This document shows positions 19,972 through 29,560 of a stretch of 64,000 nucleotides of DNA, piece after piece (position 1 is the stretch's first letter; every line of letters starts with the position of its first letter). Source of the stretch: Candidatus Latescibacterota bacterium. GTDB taxonomy: Bacteria; Latescibacterota; UBA2968; UBA8231. The notes beneath the pieces were generated by a model. The model did not search any database and was not told the origin of the DNA. It saw nothing but the letters and a program-made list of their open reading frames with translations. The position numbers and the translations under genes are program-made. The DNA lies in assembly GCA_964291625.2 (NCBI GenBank), contig OZ220089.1:96001-160000 (forward strand). Reading direction: 5' to 3'.

Positions 19972-21050
19972 GCGGCCCCATCCTCATCGACGGCGCCCCG
20001 GTCGAGGCGGACCCCCGCGGCCCGGAGGCCAAGCTCGCCGACCTCGAGGAGCTCCTGCGCCCCATGGGGCGCGTTCTGATCGGCTACTCCGGCGGAGTCG
20101 ACAGCGCTCTCCTCGTCGTCGCCACCCACCGGGTCCTGGGCGAGGACGCCATCGCCGTCACCGCCGATTCCGAGAGCTACGCCGAGGGCGAGCTGGAGCT
20201 GGCGGCGGAAGTGCTGCGCCCCTTCGGTATCCGCCACGAGGTGGTCCGCACCGGCGAGCTCGACAACCCGGACTACGCCGCCAACCCCGTCAACCGCTGC
20301 TACTACTGCAAGAGCGAGCTGTTCTCCCACATGACCGCCCTCGCCGCGGAGCTGCAGGTCGACAACCTGCTCTTCGGCCACAACGCCGACGACCGCGGCG
20401 ACTACCGGCCGGGGGCCACCGCCGCCCGCGAGTTCGGGGTGCGGGCTCCGCTGCAGGAAGCGGGCTTGACGAAGCGCGACGTGCGCGAGCTGGCCCGGCG
20501 CATGGGCATCCCGGTGTGGGACCGGCCGGCCCTGGCCTGTCTGTCCTCCCGGTTCCCCTACGGCACCCCGGTCACCCGCGAGGGACTGCGCCGCGTCGAT
20601 GCCGCCGAGAAGCGGGTGCGGGCCGAGGGCTTCGGCTCCCACGTCCGCGTGCGTCATCACGAAGAGGTGGCCCGCATCGAGCTGCCGACGGACGACCTGG
20701 GGCGGCTGCTCTCGGACCGGTCCCTGCGGGACCGGTTGCGCGCGGGGCTCCTCGATCTCGGCTATTCCAGGGTTACCGCCGATCTCCGCGGCTTCCGCTC
20801 CGGCAGCCTCAACGAGGTGCTGAGCAGCCCGGGGGGCGACGGCGAACCGGCGGCGGCCGTGCGCCGGGAGGCCTCCGGCCTCGGCCTGGTCCCCTGCGAG
20901 TGCGGGGAGCAGGGCCAGGTCCTGTGGGTGCGCCTCTCGGAAGAGGCCGGAAACCGCCTCGCCCAGGACTCGCTGCGCACCGCCCTGGTCTCCGCCGGGG
21001 AGCGCGCCGGGGCCCGCTACATCGCCCTCGACCTGACTCCCGCCTCTTGA
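19968..21050 (+). CDS. larE: LarE-family PP-loop sulfur transferase with C-terminal extension
   Basis: YSGGVDS PP-loop, NRCYYCKSEL, DYRPG, CLSSRFPYG, VRVRHH, GFRSGSLNE; TTG overlaps the upstream stop. Confidence 0.85.
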   Translation: MSGPILIDGAPVEADPRGPEAKLADLEELLRPMGRVLIGYSGGVDSALLVVATHRVLGEDAIAVTADSESYAEGELELAAEVLRPFGIRHEVVRTGELDNPDYAANPVNRCYYCKSELFSHMTALAAELQVDNLLFGHNADDRGDYRPGATAAREFGVRAPLQEAGLTKRDVRELARRMGIPVWDRPALACLSSRFPYGTPVTREGLRRVDAAEKRVRAEGFGSHVRVRHHEEVARIELPTDDLGRLLSDRSLRDRLRAGLLDLGYSRVTADLRGFRSGSLNEVLSSPGGDGEPAAAVRREASGLGLVPCECGEQGQVLWVRLSEEAGNRLAQDSLRTALVSAGERAGARYIALDLTPAS

Positions 21051-21580
21051 TCCGCGAGATCGTCCGCTACGGTTCGAAGGTCCTGCGCCGCAAGGCCCTC
21101 CCGGTGACCTCGGTCGACGCCGAGGTGAATGCACTCATCCAGGACCTCTTCGACACCCTGGCCGAGGCCGACGGCGTCGGCCTGGCGGCGCCCCAGATCG
21201 GCGTCTCCCGCCGCGTCATCGTCGTCGACATCTCCGCCGCCGAGGCCGACCTGCCGCCCATGGCCCTGGTCAACCCGGCCATCGACGCCGCCGAGGGCAC
21301 GGCCACCGCCGAAGAGGGCTGCCTGAGCATCCCCGATCTCTACGGCGAGGTTCCGCGGTTCACGGAAGTCACCATCTCGGCCCTCGACCACGAGGGGTGC
21401 GCCTTCGAGCTCTCCGCCGAGGGGTTCTTCGCCCGCGTCCTGCAGCACGAGATCGACCATCTCGACGGCCGGCTGTTCATCGACCACATGCCCCCCTTGA
21501 AGCGTCAGCTGTTGCGCGGCGCACTCAAGCGCATCCGCAAGGAGGGCGAGGAGTGGGACCGACGGCACTCGTCGCACTGA
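21047..21580 (+). CDS. def: Peptide deformylase
   Basis: GVGLAAPQIG, EGCLSIP, QHEIDHLDG; TTG overlaps the larE stop. Confidence 0.96.
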   Translation: MIREIVRYGSKVLRRKALPVTSVDAEVNALIQDLFDTLAEADGVGLAAPQIGVSRRVIVVDISAAEADLPPMALVNPAIDAAEGTATAEEGCLSIPDLYGEVPRFTEVTISALDHEGCAFELSAEGFFARVLQHEIDHLDGRLFIDHMPPLKRQLLRGALKRIRKEGEEWDRRHSSH

Positions 21581-21587
21581 CGGCGCG

Positions 21588-21616
21588 TTGACAGGCCCAG
21601 GGAACGCCGTTAGCTT
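21588..21616 (+). promoter_or_regulatory. Sigma70-type promoter of tRNA-Asp
   Basis: TTGACA(21588)-N17-TAGCTT(21611). Confidence 0.75.
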
Positions 21617-21637
21617 TTTGCACTTGCTCTACTGCAC

Positions 21638-21715
21638 GGGATCGTAGTTCAGCTGGTATAGAACGCCGGCCTGTCACGCCGGAGGTCGCGGGTTCGAGTC
21701 CCGTCGGTCCCGCCA
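21638..21715 (+). tRNA. tRNA-Asp(GTC)
   Basis: GGGATCG/CGGTCCC acceptor stem, anticodon arm ccggc-ctGTCac-gccgg, GGTTCGAGTCC T-arm, encoded CCA. Confidence 0.97.
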
Positions 21716-21722
21716 GAAATGA

Positions 21723-21755
21723 AGGCCCTGGATGCCCGCATCCAGGGCCTTTTTT
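21723..21755 (+). terminator. Intrinsic terminator after tRNA-Asp
   Basis: aggccctggatg-cccg-catccagggcct followed by a T-tract. Confidence 0.9.
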
Positions 21756-21782
21756 CGTGATGGGTCAGGAGGAGGCCAGGCG

Positions 21783-23207
21783 TCAGCTCAGGGCGCGCCA
21801 GACGACTGCCACCAGGAAGCAGAGGAGGAAGCCCATGGCCACGGGCAGCAGCGCCGAGACCGTGGTCCACCGGGCGCTCCGGGTCTCCTTGTAGATCGTG
21901 TAGATCGTCGTCGAGCACGGGTTGTGGACCAGGCTGAAGAGCATCAGGTTCACCGCCGTCAGCAGGGTCCACCCGCCCGAGGCCAGGATCCGTGCCGTGT
22001 CAGGCTCCGAGTCCAGCTCGAACATCACCCCCGCCCCCGCTCCGAGCTCCGGCGTGCCGACGCTCATGACCGTGAGCATGAGGATCGTGGGGATGATGAT
22101 CTCGTTGGCCGGGATGGCGATCACGTAGGCCAGCAGGATCACGCCGTTGAGGCCGATGATGGCGCCGAAGGGGCCGGTGAAGTCGATGAAGTGCTCGGCC
22201 AGGCTGGCCTGTCCGACGGTGATGTTGGAGGACAGCCAGATCACGGCGCCGGCGGGAATGGCGAAGATCACGGCCCGCCACAACACGATGAGCGTGCGGT
22301 CGATGACCGAGGTGTAGATGGTGCGCAGGATCTGGGGCGGCCGGTACGGGGGCAGCTCGAGACTGAAGGCGGAGGCCTCTCCCCTGAGCACGGTCCGGGA
22401 GAGTACCCAGGAGACGGCGAATGCCAGCAGGATCCCGGTCACGGCCACGGTCACCACGGCGGCGGCCGAGACCAGACCCGCCAGGTGCGCGGGCACGAGA
22501 CCGCCGATGAAGATGGTGGCCACCAGGATCTGCGTCGGCCAGCGGCCGTTGCAGAGGGAGAAGTTGTTGGTGATGATGGCGATCAGGCGCTCCCGGGGGC
22601 TGTCGATGACGCGCGTGGAGACGATCGCCGCGGCGTTGCAGCCGAAGCCCATGGCCATGGTCAGGGCCTGCTTGCCGTGGGCCCCGGCGCGGCGGAAGAG
22701 GCCGTCGAGGTTGAAGGCCACCCTCGGCAGGTAGCCGAAGTCCTCGAGGAGGGTGAAGAGGGGGAAGAAGATCGCCATGGGGGGCAGCATGACGCTGATC
22801 ACCCAGGCCATGGCCAGGTAGATGCCGTCGATGAGCAAACCGTCGAGCCACCAGGGCACGCCGATGGCGGCGGCCCCGCTCTTGAGGGCGGGGTGGACGG
22901 TATCGACGAGCAGCGTCGCCAGCATGGCCGATGGATAGTTGGCGCCCTCGATGGTCAGCCAGAAGACCACGGTCAGCATGAGCAGCATCAGCGGAAAGCC
23001 GAGCCAGCGGCTGGTGACGAAGCGGTCGATGGTGCGGTCCAGATCGAAGCGGCCTCGCTCTCCGGCGCGGGTCACGGCGCGGTCGGCGATGCGCGCCGCA
23101 TCGGTGTAGATCGACTCTACGAGCTCGTCGTGGAAGTCACGGCCCGCGTCCCAGCGCAGGGAACCGGCCCGGGAGAGGATCGTCTCCGGGTGCGCTCGCC
23201 GTTCCAT
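21783..23207 (-). CDS. feoB: FeoB membrane (Gate) domain protein, split FeoB C-terminal part
   Basis: [45 protein letters not shown]. Confidence 0.9.
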   Translation of the reverse strand: MERRAHPETILSRAGSLRWDAGRDFHDELVESIYTDAARIADRAVTRAGERGRFDLDRTIDRFVTSRWLGFPLMLLMLTVVFWLTIEGANYPSAMLATLLVDTVHPALKSGAAAIGVPWWLDGLLIDGIYLAMAWVISVMLPPMAIFFPLFTLLEDFGYLPRVAFNLDGLFRRAGAHGKQALTMAMGFGCNAAAIVSTRVIDSPRERLIAIITNNFSLCNGRWPTQILVATIFIGGLVPAHLAGLVSAAAVVTVAVTGILLAFAVSWVLSRTVLRGEASAFSLELPPYRPPQILRTIYTSVIDRTLIVLWRAVIFAIPAGAVIWLSSNITVGQASLAEHFIDFTGPFGAIIGLNGVILLAYVIAIPANEIIIPTILMLTVMSVGTPELGAGAGVMFELDSEPDTARILASGGWTLLTAVNLMLFSLVHNPCSTTIYTIYKETRSARWTTVSALLPVAMGFLLCFLVAVVWRALS

Positions 23208-24058
23208 CAGCTCGCCTCCACACGGGCGCCGCCGGCGTCGGAGGTCGCCCTCGCCAGGTGACGCCCGAGGTCGGCGATCTCTCCGGAGCGCACGGCCTCG
23301 ACGATGCGCGGGTCCCCCTCCAGCAGCCGCAGGGCCACCCAGCGCGCGTTCGGCAGTCCGGGAAAGGCGGCCGACACCTCGGCCATCAGCTCCTCCACGG
23401 CGGCCTTCAGTCCCGGGGGCGGCTCGATCCGGTGAGGCTTGCAGTTCGTCTTTCCCGTGGCCACGTCGGCCACCGCCTGCAGCAGCTCGGGAATGCCCTG
23501 GGAGCGCCGGGCCACGGTGGGCACCACCGGGACTCCGAGGTCGCGCGCCAGGCGCCGGCCGTCGACCTCCATGCCCCGGCGCTCGCCCTCGTCCATCAGG
23601 TTCAGGCAGAGGACGGCGCGGTCGGTGATCTCGAGGACCTGCAGGACGAGATTCAGATTGCGTTCCAGCAGGCTCGCGTCGGCGACGATGACGGTCACGT
23701 CGGGACTGCCGAAGAGCAGGAAGTCGCGGGCCACTTCCTCGTCATCGCTCGTGGAGAGGAGGGAGTAGGTACCGGGCAGGTCGACCAGCTTGTAGCGGCT
23801 CCCCCCGTACGCGAACCCGCCTTCGGCGCGCACCACGGTCTTGCCGGGCCAGTTGCCGGTGTGCTGCCGCAGCCCCGTCAAGGCGTTGAAGACGGTCGTC
23901 TTGCCGGTGTTGGGGTTCCCCGCCAGGGCGACCACGAAGTCCCAGTTGGCCATGTTCACGCCCAGCCGGATCAGGTTGGCGGCGTGATGGGCCGGACAGG
24001 CCTCGCAGGCGCCTGCGGCGACGGGCTCGCCGGTCATCTCGATCTCTCCTTGGCTCAC
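23207..24058 (-). CDS. feoB: FeoB GTPase domain protein, split FeoB N-terminal part
   Basis: [41 protein letters not shown]; TGATG coupling to the membrane part. Confidence 0.9.
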   Translation of the reverse strand: MSQGEIEMTGEPVAAGACEACPAHHAANLIRLGVNMANWDFVVALAGNPNTGKTTVFNALTGLRQHTGNWPGKTVVRAEGGFAYGGSRYKLVDLPGTYSLLSTSDDEEVARDFLLFGSPDVTVIVADASLLERNLNLVLQVLEITDRAVLCLNLMDEGERRGMEVDGRRLARDLGVPVVPTVARRSQGIPELLQAVADVATGKTNCKPHRIEPPPGLKAAVEELMAEVSAAFPGLPNARWVALRLLEGDPRIVEAVRSGEIADLGRHLARATSDAGGARVEAS

Positions 24059-24071
24059 TTGGCAGTGCGGC

Positions 24072-25097
24072 TCACGGGGCCGCCTCTGGCAGCTCGCGCT
24101 CGACCTGGACCTGCCCGGCCTGCTGGCGCCGCAGGGCGACCGTCGCCCCGCGCACCTGGTAGGCCACCGGGTCGCCGGTGGGGCTCACCATCTCGACGAG
24201 GACCTCGGTGCCCGGCAGCAGGCCAAGGTCCAGCAGGCGGCGGCGCTCCAGGCCCCGGCAGGCGGGGGAGATGCCGACGACTCGCGCCCGCTCCCCCCGG
24301 ACGAGGTCGTCGAGGCTGTCGTAGGGCCCCGGCATCTGCCCGTCGACGGCATGGACGAAGACGTTGCCGGCCACCACCGGCGGCAGGCTGTGGGAGCGGC
24401 CGTCGGCGATCAGGCGGATCTCTTCGTCGCCGGCGCTCACCAGCTGCACCCGGATGCCCGGATAGAGGCCGGCTTCGGTCAGCTGGCGGTAGACCTCCTC
24501 GGGCTCGTCCTCGACATGCTCGATGCGGGCCAACTCGCCCTCCTGGAGGGCCGGCAGCGGGACCGTCTGCGGCGGCGGCACCTCCCCTTCGGCGGTGGGG
24601 ATCGGGTCGCCGTGGGGATCGTAGGCGGGGTGGCCCATCTCCCGGGAGAGCCTCTCCGTCTCCTCGGCCGAGAGGTGATGCTCGCGGCGCTCCGCCTCCT
24701 CGTGCCAGCGGGAACGGCTGACGCCGGTGCGCTCGGCGAGGTAGCGCTCCCAGAGCCGGTGGATACGCACCATCCGCAGCGCCTCCTCGCGGCCGTCGCG
24801 CGTCAGCGCCATGCCGTGCTCGAGGGTCGAGACGAGGCCGAGGGACTCCAGGCGGATGAGGACGCCGGCGGCCCGGCTCCGGGGCACCTCGAGGGCTCCG
24901 GCGAGGCTCTCGACGCTGGCCGTCCGCTTCTGGTACTCGCAGTCATAGAGATGCTTGAGCCCGTCCTCGACCAGGATCCGCTCCCCCATCCCCCGCAGCC
25001 GGCGCCACCGGCGCAGCCAGCCGCGCCCGGGCCACGCGAGCAGGGCGAGAGCGGCGGCCACGACGGCCGCCCAATAGAGAGGGGTTGATGATTCCAT
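24072..25097 (-). CDS. DtxR-family metalloregulator with N-terminal TM helix and two FeoA domains
   Basis: Hydrophobic N-terminus; [35 protein letters not shown]; two FeoA-like units, the second [24 protein letters not shown]. Confidence 0.85.
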   Translation of the reverse strand: MESSTPLYWAAVVAAALALLAWPGRGWLRRWRRLRGMGERILVEDGLKHLYDCEYQKRTASVESLAGALEVPRSRAAGVLIRLESLGLVSTLEHGMALTRDGREEALRMVRIHRLWERYLAERTGVSRSRWHEEAERREHHLSAEETERLSREMGHPAYDPHGDPIPTAEGEVPPPQTVPLPALQEGELARIEHVEDEPEEVYRQLTEAGLYPGIRVQLVSAGDEEIRLIADGRSHSLPPVVAGNVFVHAVDGQMPGPYDSLDDLVRGERARVVGISPACRGLERRRLLDLGLLPGTEVLVEMVSPTGDPVAYQVRGATVALRRQQAGQVQVERELPEAAP

Positions 25098-25113
25098 GAC
25101 TGCGAACTTTATT

Positions 25114-25129
25114 TTTAGACTAGGCTAAA
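25114..25129. promoter_or_regulatory. Putative DtxR/MntR-type operator
   Basis: TTTAG-actagg-CTAAA inverted repeat in an AT-rich patch 17 bp before the 25097 start, between divergent DtxR-family genes. Confidence 0.7.
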
Positions 25130-25208
25130 TCGCCTCGGCCCCATAGGATAGGCCCGGCCCCCGGAGCCCGTCAAGAGCCTGGTGGGGGCCGCCGACAAGG
25201 ATCGACCG

Positions 25209-25877
25209 ATGCTCAGCGACGCGGTGCAGGACTACCTGAAGGCGATTTTCAAGCTCTCCCGGGCCCCGGAGGCGGCCGGCATGGTGACCACCTCCCACAT
25301 CGCCGAACGCCTGCGGGTATCGGCGGCTTCGGCTACGAACATGATCAAGAAGCTGGCGGAGATGCGGCTCCTCGACCACCACCCCTATCAGGGGGTGGAG
25401 CTGACCCCCGCGGGCGAGAAGATCGCCCTGGAGATCGTGCGCCATCACCGCCTCCTCGAGCTCTATCTCCGCGAGGCCCTGGGCTACGACTGGGACCAGG
25501 TCGACGCCGAGGCCGACCGCCTCGAGCACGTCATCTCCGAGGACTTCGAGGACCGCATCGACAAGGCCCTCGGGCACCCCACCGTCGGCGCCCACGGCGA
25601 GCCGATCCCCACCAAGGACGGGGAGATCGCCGACCACCACTACCAGCGGCTCTCCGAGCTGAGCGCGGGGCAGCGCGGCCGCATCCGGCAGGTGAGCGAC
25701 CGGGACCCGGAGCTGCTCCGCTACCTCGACCGCAGCGGACTCGTCCTCGGCACCGAGGTCCGCGTCCGCGACCGGGCTCCCTTCCAGGGGCCGATCCGCC
25801 TGGACGTGGGCCGCTCCGGCGAGCGGCACATCGGCCTCGACGTGGCAGCGGCGATCTACGTCGACGTTCTGCGGTAA
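25209..25877 (+). CDS. DtxR/MntR-family metal-dependent repressor
   Basis: MLSDAVQDYLKAI, HHPYQGVELT, RHHRLLELYL, EADRLEHVISE, AHGEPIP, C-terminal FeoA/SH3 domain. Confidence 0.92.
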   Translation: MLSDAVQDYLKAIFKLSRAPEAAGMVTTSHIAERLRVSAASATNMIKKLAEMRLLDHHPYQGVELTPAGEKIALEIVRHHRLLELYLREALGYDWDQVDAEADRLEHVISEDFEDRIDKALGHPTVGAHGEPIPTKDGEIADHHYQRLSELSAGQRGRIRQVSDRDPELLRYLDRSGLVLGTEVRVRDRAPFQGPIRLDVGRSGERHIGLDVAAAIYVDVLR

Positions 25878-25879
25878 GG

Positions 25880-26176
25880 TTGGAACCCTTCTTCACACCC
25901 GCCTCGGAGGAGCATGTGGCCCGCGAGAAGGACAGGGCCCGTGACCTCCGCAGGAGCCAGTGGTGGAAACGCCGGCTGGGCCGCGGGAGGTGCCACTACT
26001 GCGGCCGGTCGACGCCGCCGCGGGAGCTCACCATGGACCACGTGGTGCCCATCGTGCGCGGCGGCACCAGCGAGAAGGGCAACGTCGTCCCCTGCTGCAA
26101 GGAGTGCAACAGCCGCAAGAGGGACCTGCTGCCCCTCGAGTGGGAGGAGTATCTCCAGCGGCTGGAACGGGACTAG
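25880..26176 (+). CDS. Small HNH endonuclease
   Basis: CHYC..TMDHVVPIVRGG..NVVPCCKECNSRK. Confidence 0.9.
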   Translation: MEPFFTPASEEHVAREKDRARDLRRSQWWKRRLGRGRCHYCGRSTPPRELTMDHVVPIVRGGTSEKGNVVPCCKECNSRKRDLLPLEWEEYLQRLERD

Positions 26177-26201
26177 CCGGAGGGTCCGCTCCCTCCGGTT
26201 C

Positions 26202-27143
26202 TCAGTGGTAGTGGAGGATGGGGCGAATGGCGGCTTCCACCTCGGCGGCCACCTCCGGCGGCACCCGCGGGTTGAAGGGCCCCCCCTCGCCGCCCTCGAT
26301 GTCGTCGAAGCCGCCCAGGTGCATCGCCTCGACGACGGCGGAGTAGTTGTAGCGGCGGTCGTCGCGGAAGCGGATCTCCTCCAGCGGCGCCAGCTCCTCC
26401 TCGACCATGCGGGCGCGCTCGTAGTCGCCGCGGCGCTGGGCGTTGTTGATCTCGTCCGAGGCCCTGGCGAAGACCACGTTGATCCCCGAGGTGTGGCCCC
26501 GGGCCCCCTCCTGAGCCGGTCCCGTGCTGCGGTCGCCGATCCCCCAGATGACGATGCCGGCGCCGTCCCGGACGCCTTCTACCATTGGTTTCACGTCGCC
26601 GGGGCGGGTACCGATCTTGACCCCGAGGAAGTGGGCCGAGTCGTTCACCAGGCGCATGGCCGCGGACGCCTGGTTGGACTGCCGCAGGTAGTAGAGGAAG
26701 CGGGCCCCGTGCTCGCCTCCGAGCCGCTCGGCGAGGGCCATGTAGCCGTGGTAGATACCCTCCGGATCGGCCACGCCGGTCAGCGGCATGATCAGGTAGG
26801 CGTCGGGCGGGTTCGCGAGCCGGCACTGGGCGGCGATGAGCCGCTCGGCGTCGGCCTGCGGGTTGGGCGCCACGCCGGAGATGAAGATCCCCCTGCCCGC
26901 CACCCGGGCCGCCGTGAACTCCATCAGGTTCAACTGCTCGTCCGTGTCGATGTGGTGGACGAGGCTGGTGCCGGCGATGGAGACCACCCGCGCGCGATCC
27001 CCCTCCAGCACCTTGGTGCCGAGGAGGTACTTGATGTTCTTCCCGTGGGCCTCGTAGTCGATCCACCCGCCCTTGAAGGGGACGATGGGGATGGAGATGA
27101 CGGTGTCGAGGGCGTCGATCAGATCTTCGGTGCTCAGGGGCAT
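26202..27143 (-). CDS. DHDPS/NAL-family lyase (5-dehydro-4-deoxyglucarate-dehydratase-like, divergent)
   Basis: ISIPIVPF..IDY, FLYYLR, Schiff-base GVKIG; the usual GTTGE motif is replaced by AGTSLVHH. Confidence 0.7.
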   Translation of the reverse strand: MPLSTEDLIDALDTVISIPIVPFKGGWIDYEAHGKNIKYLLGTKVLEGDRARVVSIAGTSLVHHIDTDEQLNLMEFTAARVAGRGIFISGVAPNPQADAERLIAAQCRLANPPDAYLIMPLTGVADPEGIYHGYMALAERLGGEHGARFLYYLRQSNQASAAMRLVNDSAHFLGVKIGTRPGDVKPMVEGVRDGAGIVIWGIGDRSTGPAQEGARGHTSGINVVFARASDEINNAQRRGDYERARMVEEELAPLEEIRFRDDRRYNYSAVVEAMHLGGFDDIEGGEGGPFNPRVPPEVAAEVEAAIRPILHYH

Positions 27144-27223
27144 GCAGGGGCTCCGGTCGTTGGGTGAGTCTGTGGCGTGCTGCGGCGGGCGCGGTAGAGA
27201 GTACGGAGGCCCGTCGATGGCCG

Positions 27224-28324
27224 TCAACGATCCACCCGGAAGGGGGACATCTCCCGGCCCGGGTCGCCCCTGGTGATCCACCGGGCGAGGACCCGCCCCG
27301 TGAGGGGCCCCATGAGGACGCCGTTCCTGTAGTGGCCGGTGGCCGCCCAGAGGTTGTCCGCACCGGGCACGGGGCCGATGAGAGGGCGACCTTGGGGAGG
27401 CTTGGGGCGCAGGCCGGCGCGCTGCTCGCGCAGGACCGGGGGTCGGGCGAGGACCCGCCTGCACAGGGCCGTCAGCTCCTGACGCGCCGACGGTGTGGTG
27501 CCGGCGTCGAACCCGGTCTCCTCGACGGTGCCGCCCACGAGCAGGCCTCCCGGGGCCGGCAGCACGTTTCCCCCGGAGCAGCGCAGCACGTGGCGTACGG
27601 GACCGCCGGCGAAGAGACAGCTCTGACCCCGCACCGGCCGCACCCGCAGCCGCCCCGCCTCCGGGCCGCCGAAGTCCGCGGACCAGGATCCGGCGGCGAT
27701 CACCGCGGCATCGAAGGTGGCTCGCCTGGAACCGCCGCCCTCGTGCAGGTCGCACTCCACCCCGCCGGGCGCAGGGCGCAGGCCGCCGACGGCGACGCCG
27801 AAGCGGAACCGGGCGCCCCTGCCCTCGGCGGCGCGCTGCAGGACCGATGCCAGAGTCGGCGGGTCGACCCGCTGATCGGCGGGGTAGAAGGCGGCCCCCG
27901 CCGCGGACTCCGACAGGGCGGGCTCCGCCTCCCGCAGCCGGCCCTCTTCGAGCCACTCCCCCCGGACGCCGCGGGACCGGTTCTCCTCCAGGCGTGAGCG
28001 CAGCGCCTCGGCCTCCCCGTCATCGAGGGCCAGGTCCAGTCCCCCCAGGGGCCGCCAGCCCGCATCCAGGCCGGTCTCCTCGCGCAGCTCCCCGCTCAGC
28101 CTCTCGTGCAGGGAGTGGGCGTCGCGATAGAAGGAGGAGAGCGGGTCCTGTCCCCCGGTGGGCCGGGTCAGGATCCCGAGGGAGGCCCGCGTCGTGAACG
28201 AGGGCGACGAATCCCGGTCGGCGACGACCACGGAGACGCCCGAGCGGGCGAGATAGTATGCGGCCGAGCGCCCGACGATGCCGGCGCCGGCCACCAGGAC
28301 CCGGGCACGGTTCCCGGCGCTCAC
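27224..28324 (-). CDS. FAD-dependent glycine oxidase / D-amino-acid oxidase family protein (ThiO-like)
   Basis: VAGAGIVG, VRPVRGQ, VGGTVEETGFD, AGLRP, ATGHYRNGVLMGP. Confidence 0.88.
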   Translation of the reverse strand: MSAGNRARVLVAGAGIVGRSAAYYLARSGVSVVVADRDSSPSFTTRASLGILTRPTGGQDPLSSFYRDAHSLHERLSGELREETGLDAGWRPLGGLDLALDDGEAEALRSRLEENRSRGVRGEWLEEGRLREAEPALSESAAGAAFYPADQRVDPPTLASVLQRAAEGRGARFRFGVAVGGLRPAPGGVECDLHEGGGSRRATFDAAVIAAGSWSADFGGPEAGRLRVRPVRGQSCLFAGGPVRHVLRCSGGNVLPAPGGLLVGGTVEETGFDAGTTPSARQELTALCRRVLARPPVLREQRAGLRPKPPQGRPLIGPVPGADNLWAATGHYRNGVLMGPLTGRVLARWITRGDPGREMSPFRVDR

Positions 28325-28342
28325 GAGGCCTGCCGGACCGCC

Positions 28343-29548
28343 TCAGCCTCCGGCGGCGGGCCTGCGGCCGGCCACGATGGGCGGCAGATGGGTCACCGGA
28401 CAGCCCCGGGCTCCGCGCACGGAATAGCCCATGTCGCCGAGGACGCAGCCGATCTCCGACTCGAGGCGAAGCAGGTAGTCGCGCTCCTCGCCGCTCAGCA
28501 CGGTCCGCGGCGGACCGGCGTCGAAACCGCGCACGGCGACGCCGGTCCTGAATCCCTCGGGGAAGTTGACCCCCTGCAGCATGAGGTTGATCAGAGGCAG
28601 GAGGCGGTACTGAAGCTCCCTGGCCCGCTCCAGGTCTCCGGCGACGGCGCGGTCGTAGAGCTCGACGATGACCTCGGGGACGATGCCGGAGGTGGCGGTG
28701 GTGCCGCCGTTGGCCCCCATGACGATCGACGGCAGCAGGATCTCCTCACAGCCGTTGAGCACGACGTAGTCGGGCCGCTGCGGGCGCAGGCGGTGCATGG
28801 TGTTGAGGATGCGCGGCAGGTCGCGGCTGGAGTCCTTGGTGCCGAAGATGCGCTCGAAGGCGAGGAGCCGCTCCATCGTGTCGAGGGGCAGCTCCTGGGT
28901 GAACTGGGGGATGTTGTAGAGCAGGATGTCGAGGGGCGAGTGGCGGGCGATCTCGGCGAAGTACTCGTAGAGGCTGGTGTCGGAGATCCTGTAGTAGTAG
29001 GGCGGCACGAGGGAGATGGCGTCGGCGCCGAGGTCGGCGTAGTACCCGGCCATCTGCAGCACGTCGCGGATGTTGGCCTCGCTGGCTCCCGCGAGGATCG
29101 GCACCCGCCCCTGGTTGACCTCGGCGATGAGCCGCACCACGTCGCGCCGCTCGTCGCTGGAGAGGCGCACGAACTCGCCCGTGCTGCCGTTCGGGTAGAG
29201 ACCGTGGATGCCGGCCTCGATCAACCACGCGATGTAGCGCTCCATCTCGCCGTAGGAGATCCGCCCCTGGTCGTCGTAGATGACGATGTTGGCGGTGAAG
29301 ATGCCGCTGAAGCGGCGGCTGCGCTCGGTCCCGCCGGGAGACGCGGCCACGCTGGGGGGAGGGTCTTCCGGCCGGGGGCCCGGCCCGGCCGCGGGGCCTG
29401 GCACGACCTCGATCCCCCGGGCCCGCAGCAGGTCCCTGGCCGAGGGTGTGAGCTTCGAGCCCGGCGAGATCTCCACCTGTCCGTCGTCCTCCCCGAGGCG
29501 GCTCTCGAGCAGTTGGGCGGTGACTACGGGATCATCGATGCGGACCAT
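28343..29548 (-). CDS. BMC-associated DHDPS/NAL-family class I aldolase with extra N-terminal domain
   Basis: NGSTGEF, VPPYYY, ILLYNIPQF, GTKDSS (Schiff-base Lys); about 75-aa N-terminal extension with LTPSARDLLRARGI and a Pro-rich linker. Confidence 0.88.
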   Translation of the reverse strand: MVRIDDPVVTAQLLESRLGEDDGQVEISPGSKLTPSARDLLRARGIEVVPGPAAGPGPRPEDPPPSVAASPGGTERSRRFSGIFTANIVIYDDQGRISYGEMERYIAWLIEAGIHGLYPNGSTGEFVRLSSDERRDVVRLIAEVNQGRVPILAGASEANIRDVLQMAGYYADLGADAISLVPPYYYRISDTSLYEYFAEIARHSPLDILLYNIPQFTQELPLDTMERLLAFERIFGTKDSSRDLPRILNTMHRLRPQRPDYVVLNGCEEILLPSIVMGANGGTTATSGIVPEVIVELYDRAVAGDLERARELQYRLLPLINLMLQGVNFPEGFRTGVAVRGFDAGPPRTVLSGEERDYLLRLESEIGCVLGDMGYSVRGARGCPVTHLPPIVAGRRPAAGG

Positions 29549-29560
29549 GCCTGTGTGCGC

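Noticed and set aside
21638-26176. Island integrated at tRNA-Asp (feo genes plus HNH)
   Set aside because: No integrase, no duplicated tRNA 3' end seen and no evident compositional shift; the tRNA has its own terminator.
25880-26176. HNH nuclease as a defence or mobile element
   Set aside because: Small stand-alone HNH with no methylase, ATPase or intron context.
28343-29548. Housekeeping dapA
   Set aside because: It has a BMC-type N-terminal module, sits in the shell operon and has no lysine-pathway neighbours, so no gene symbol was assigned.
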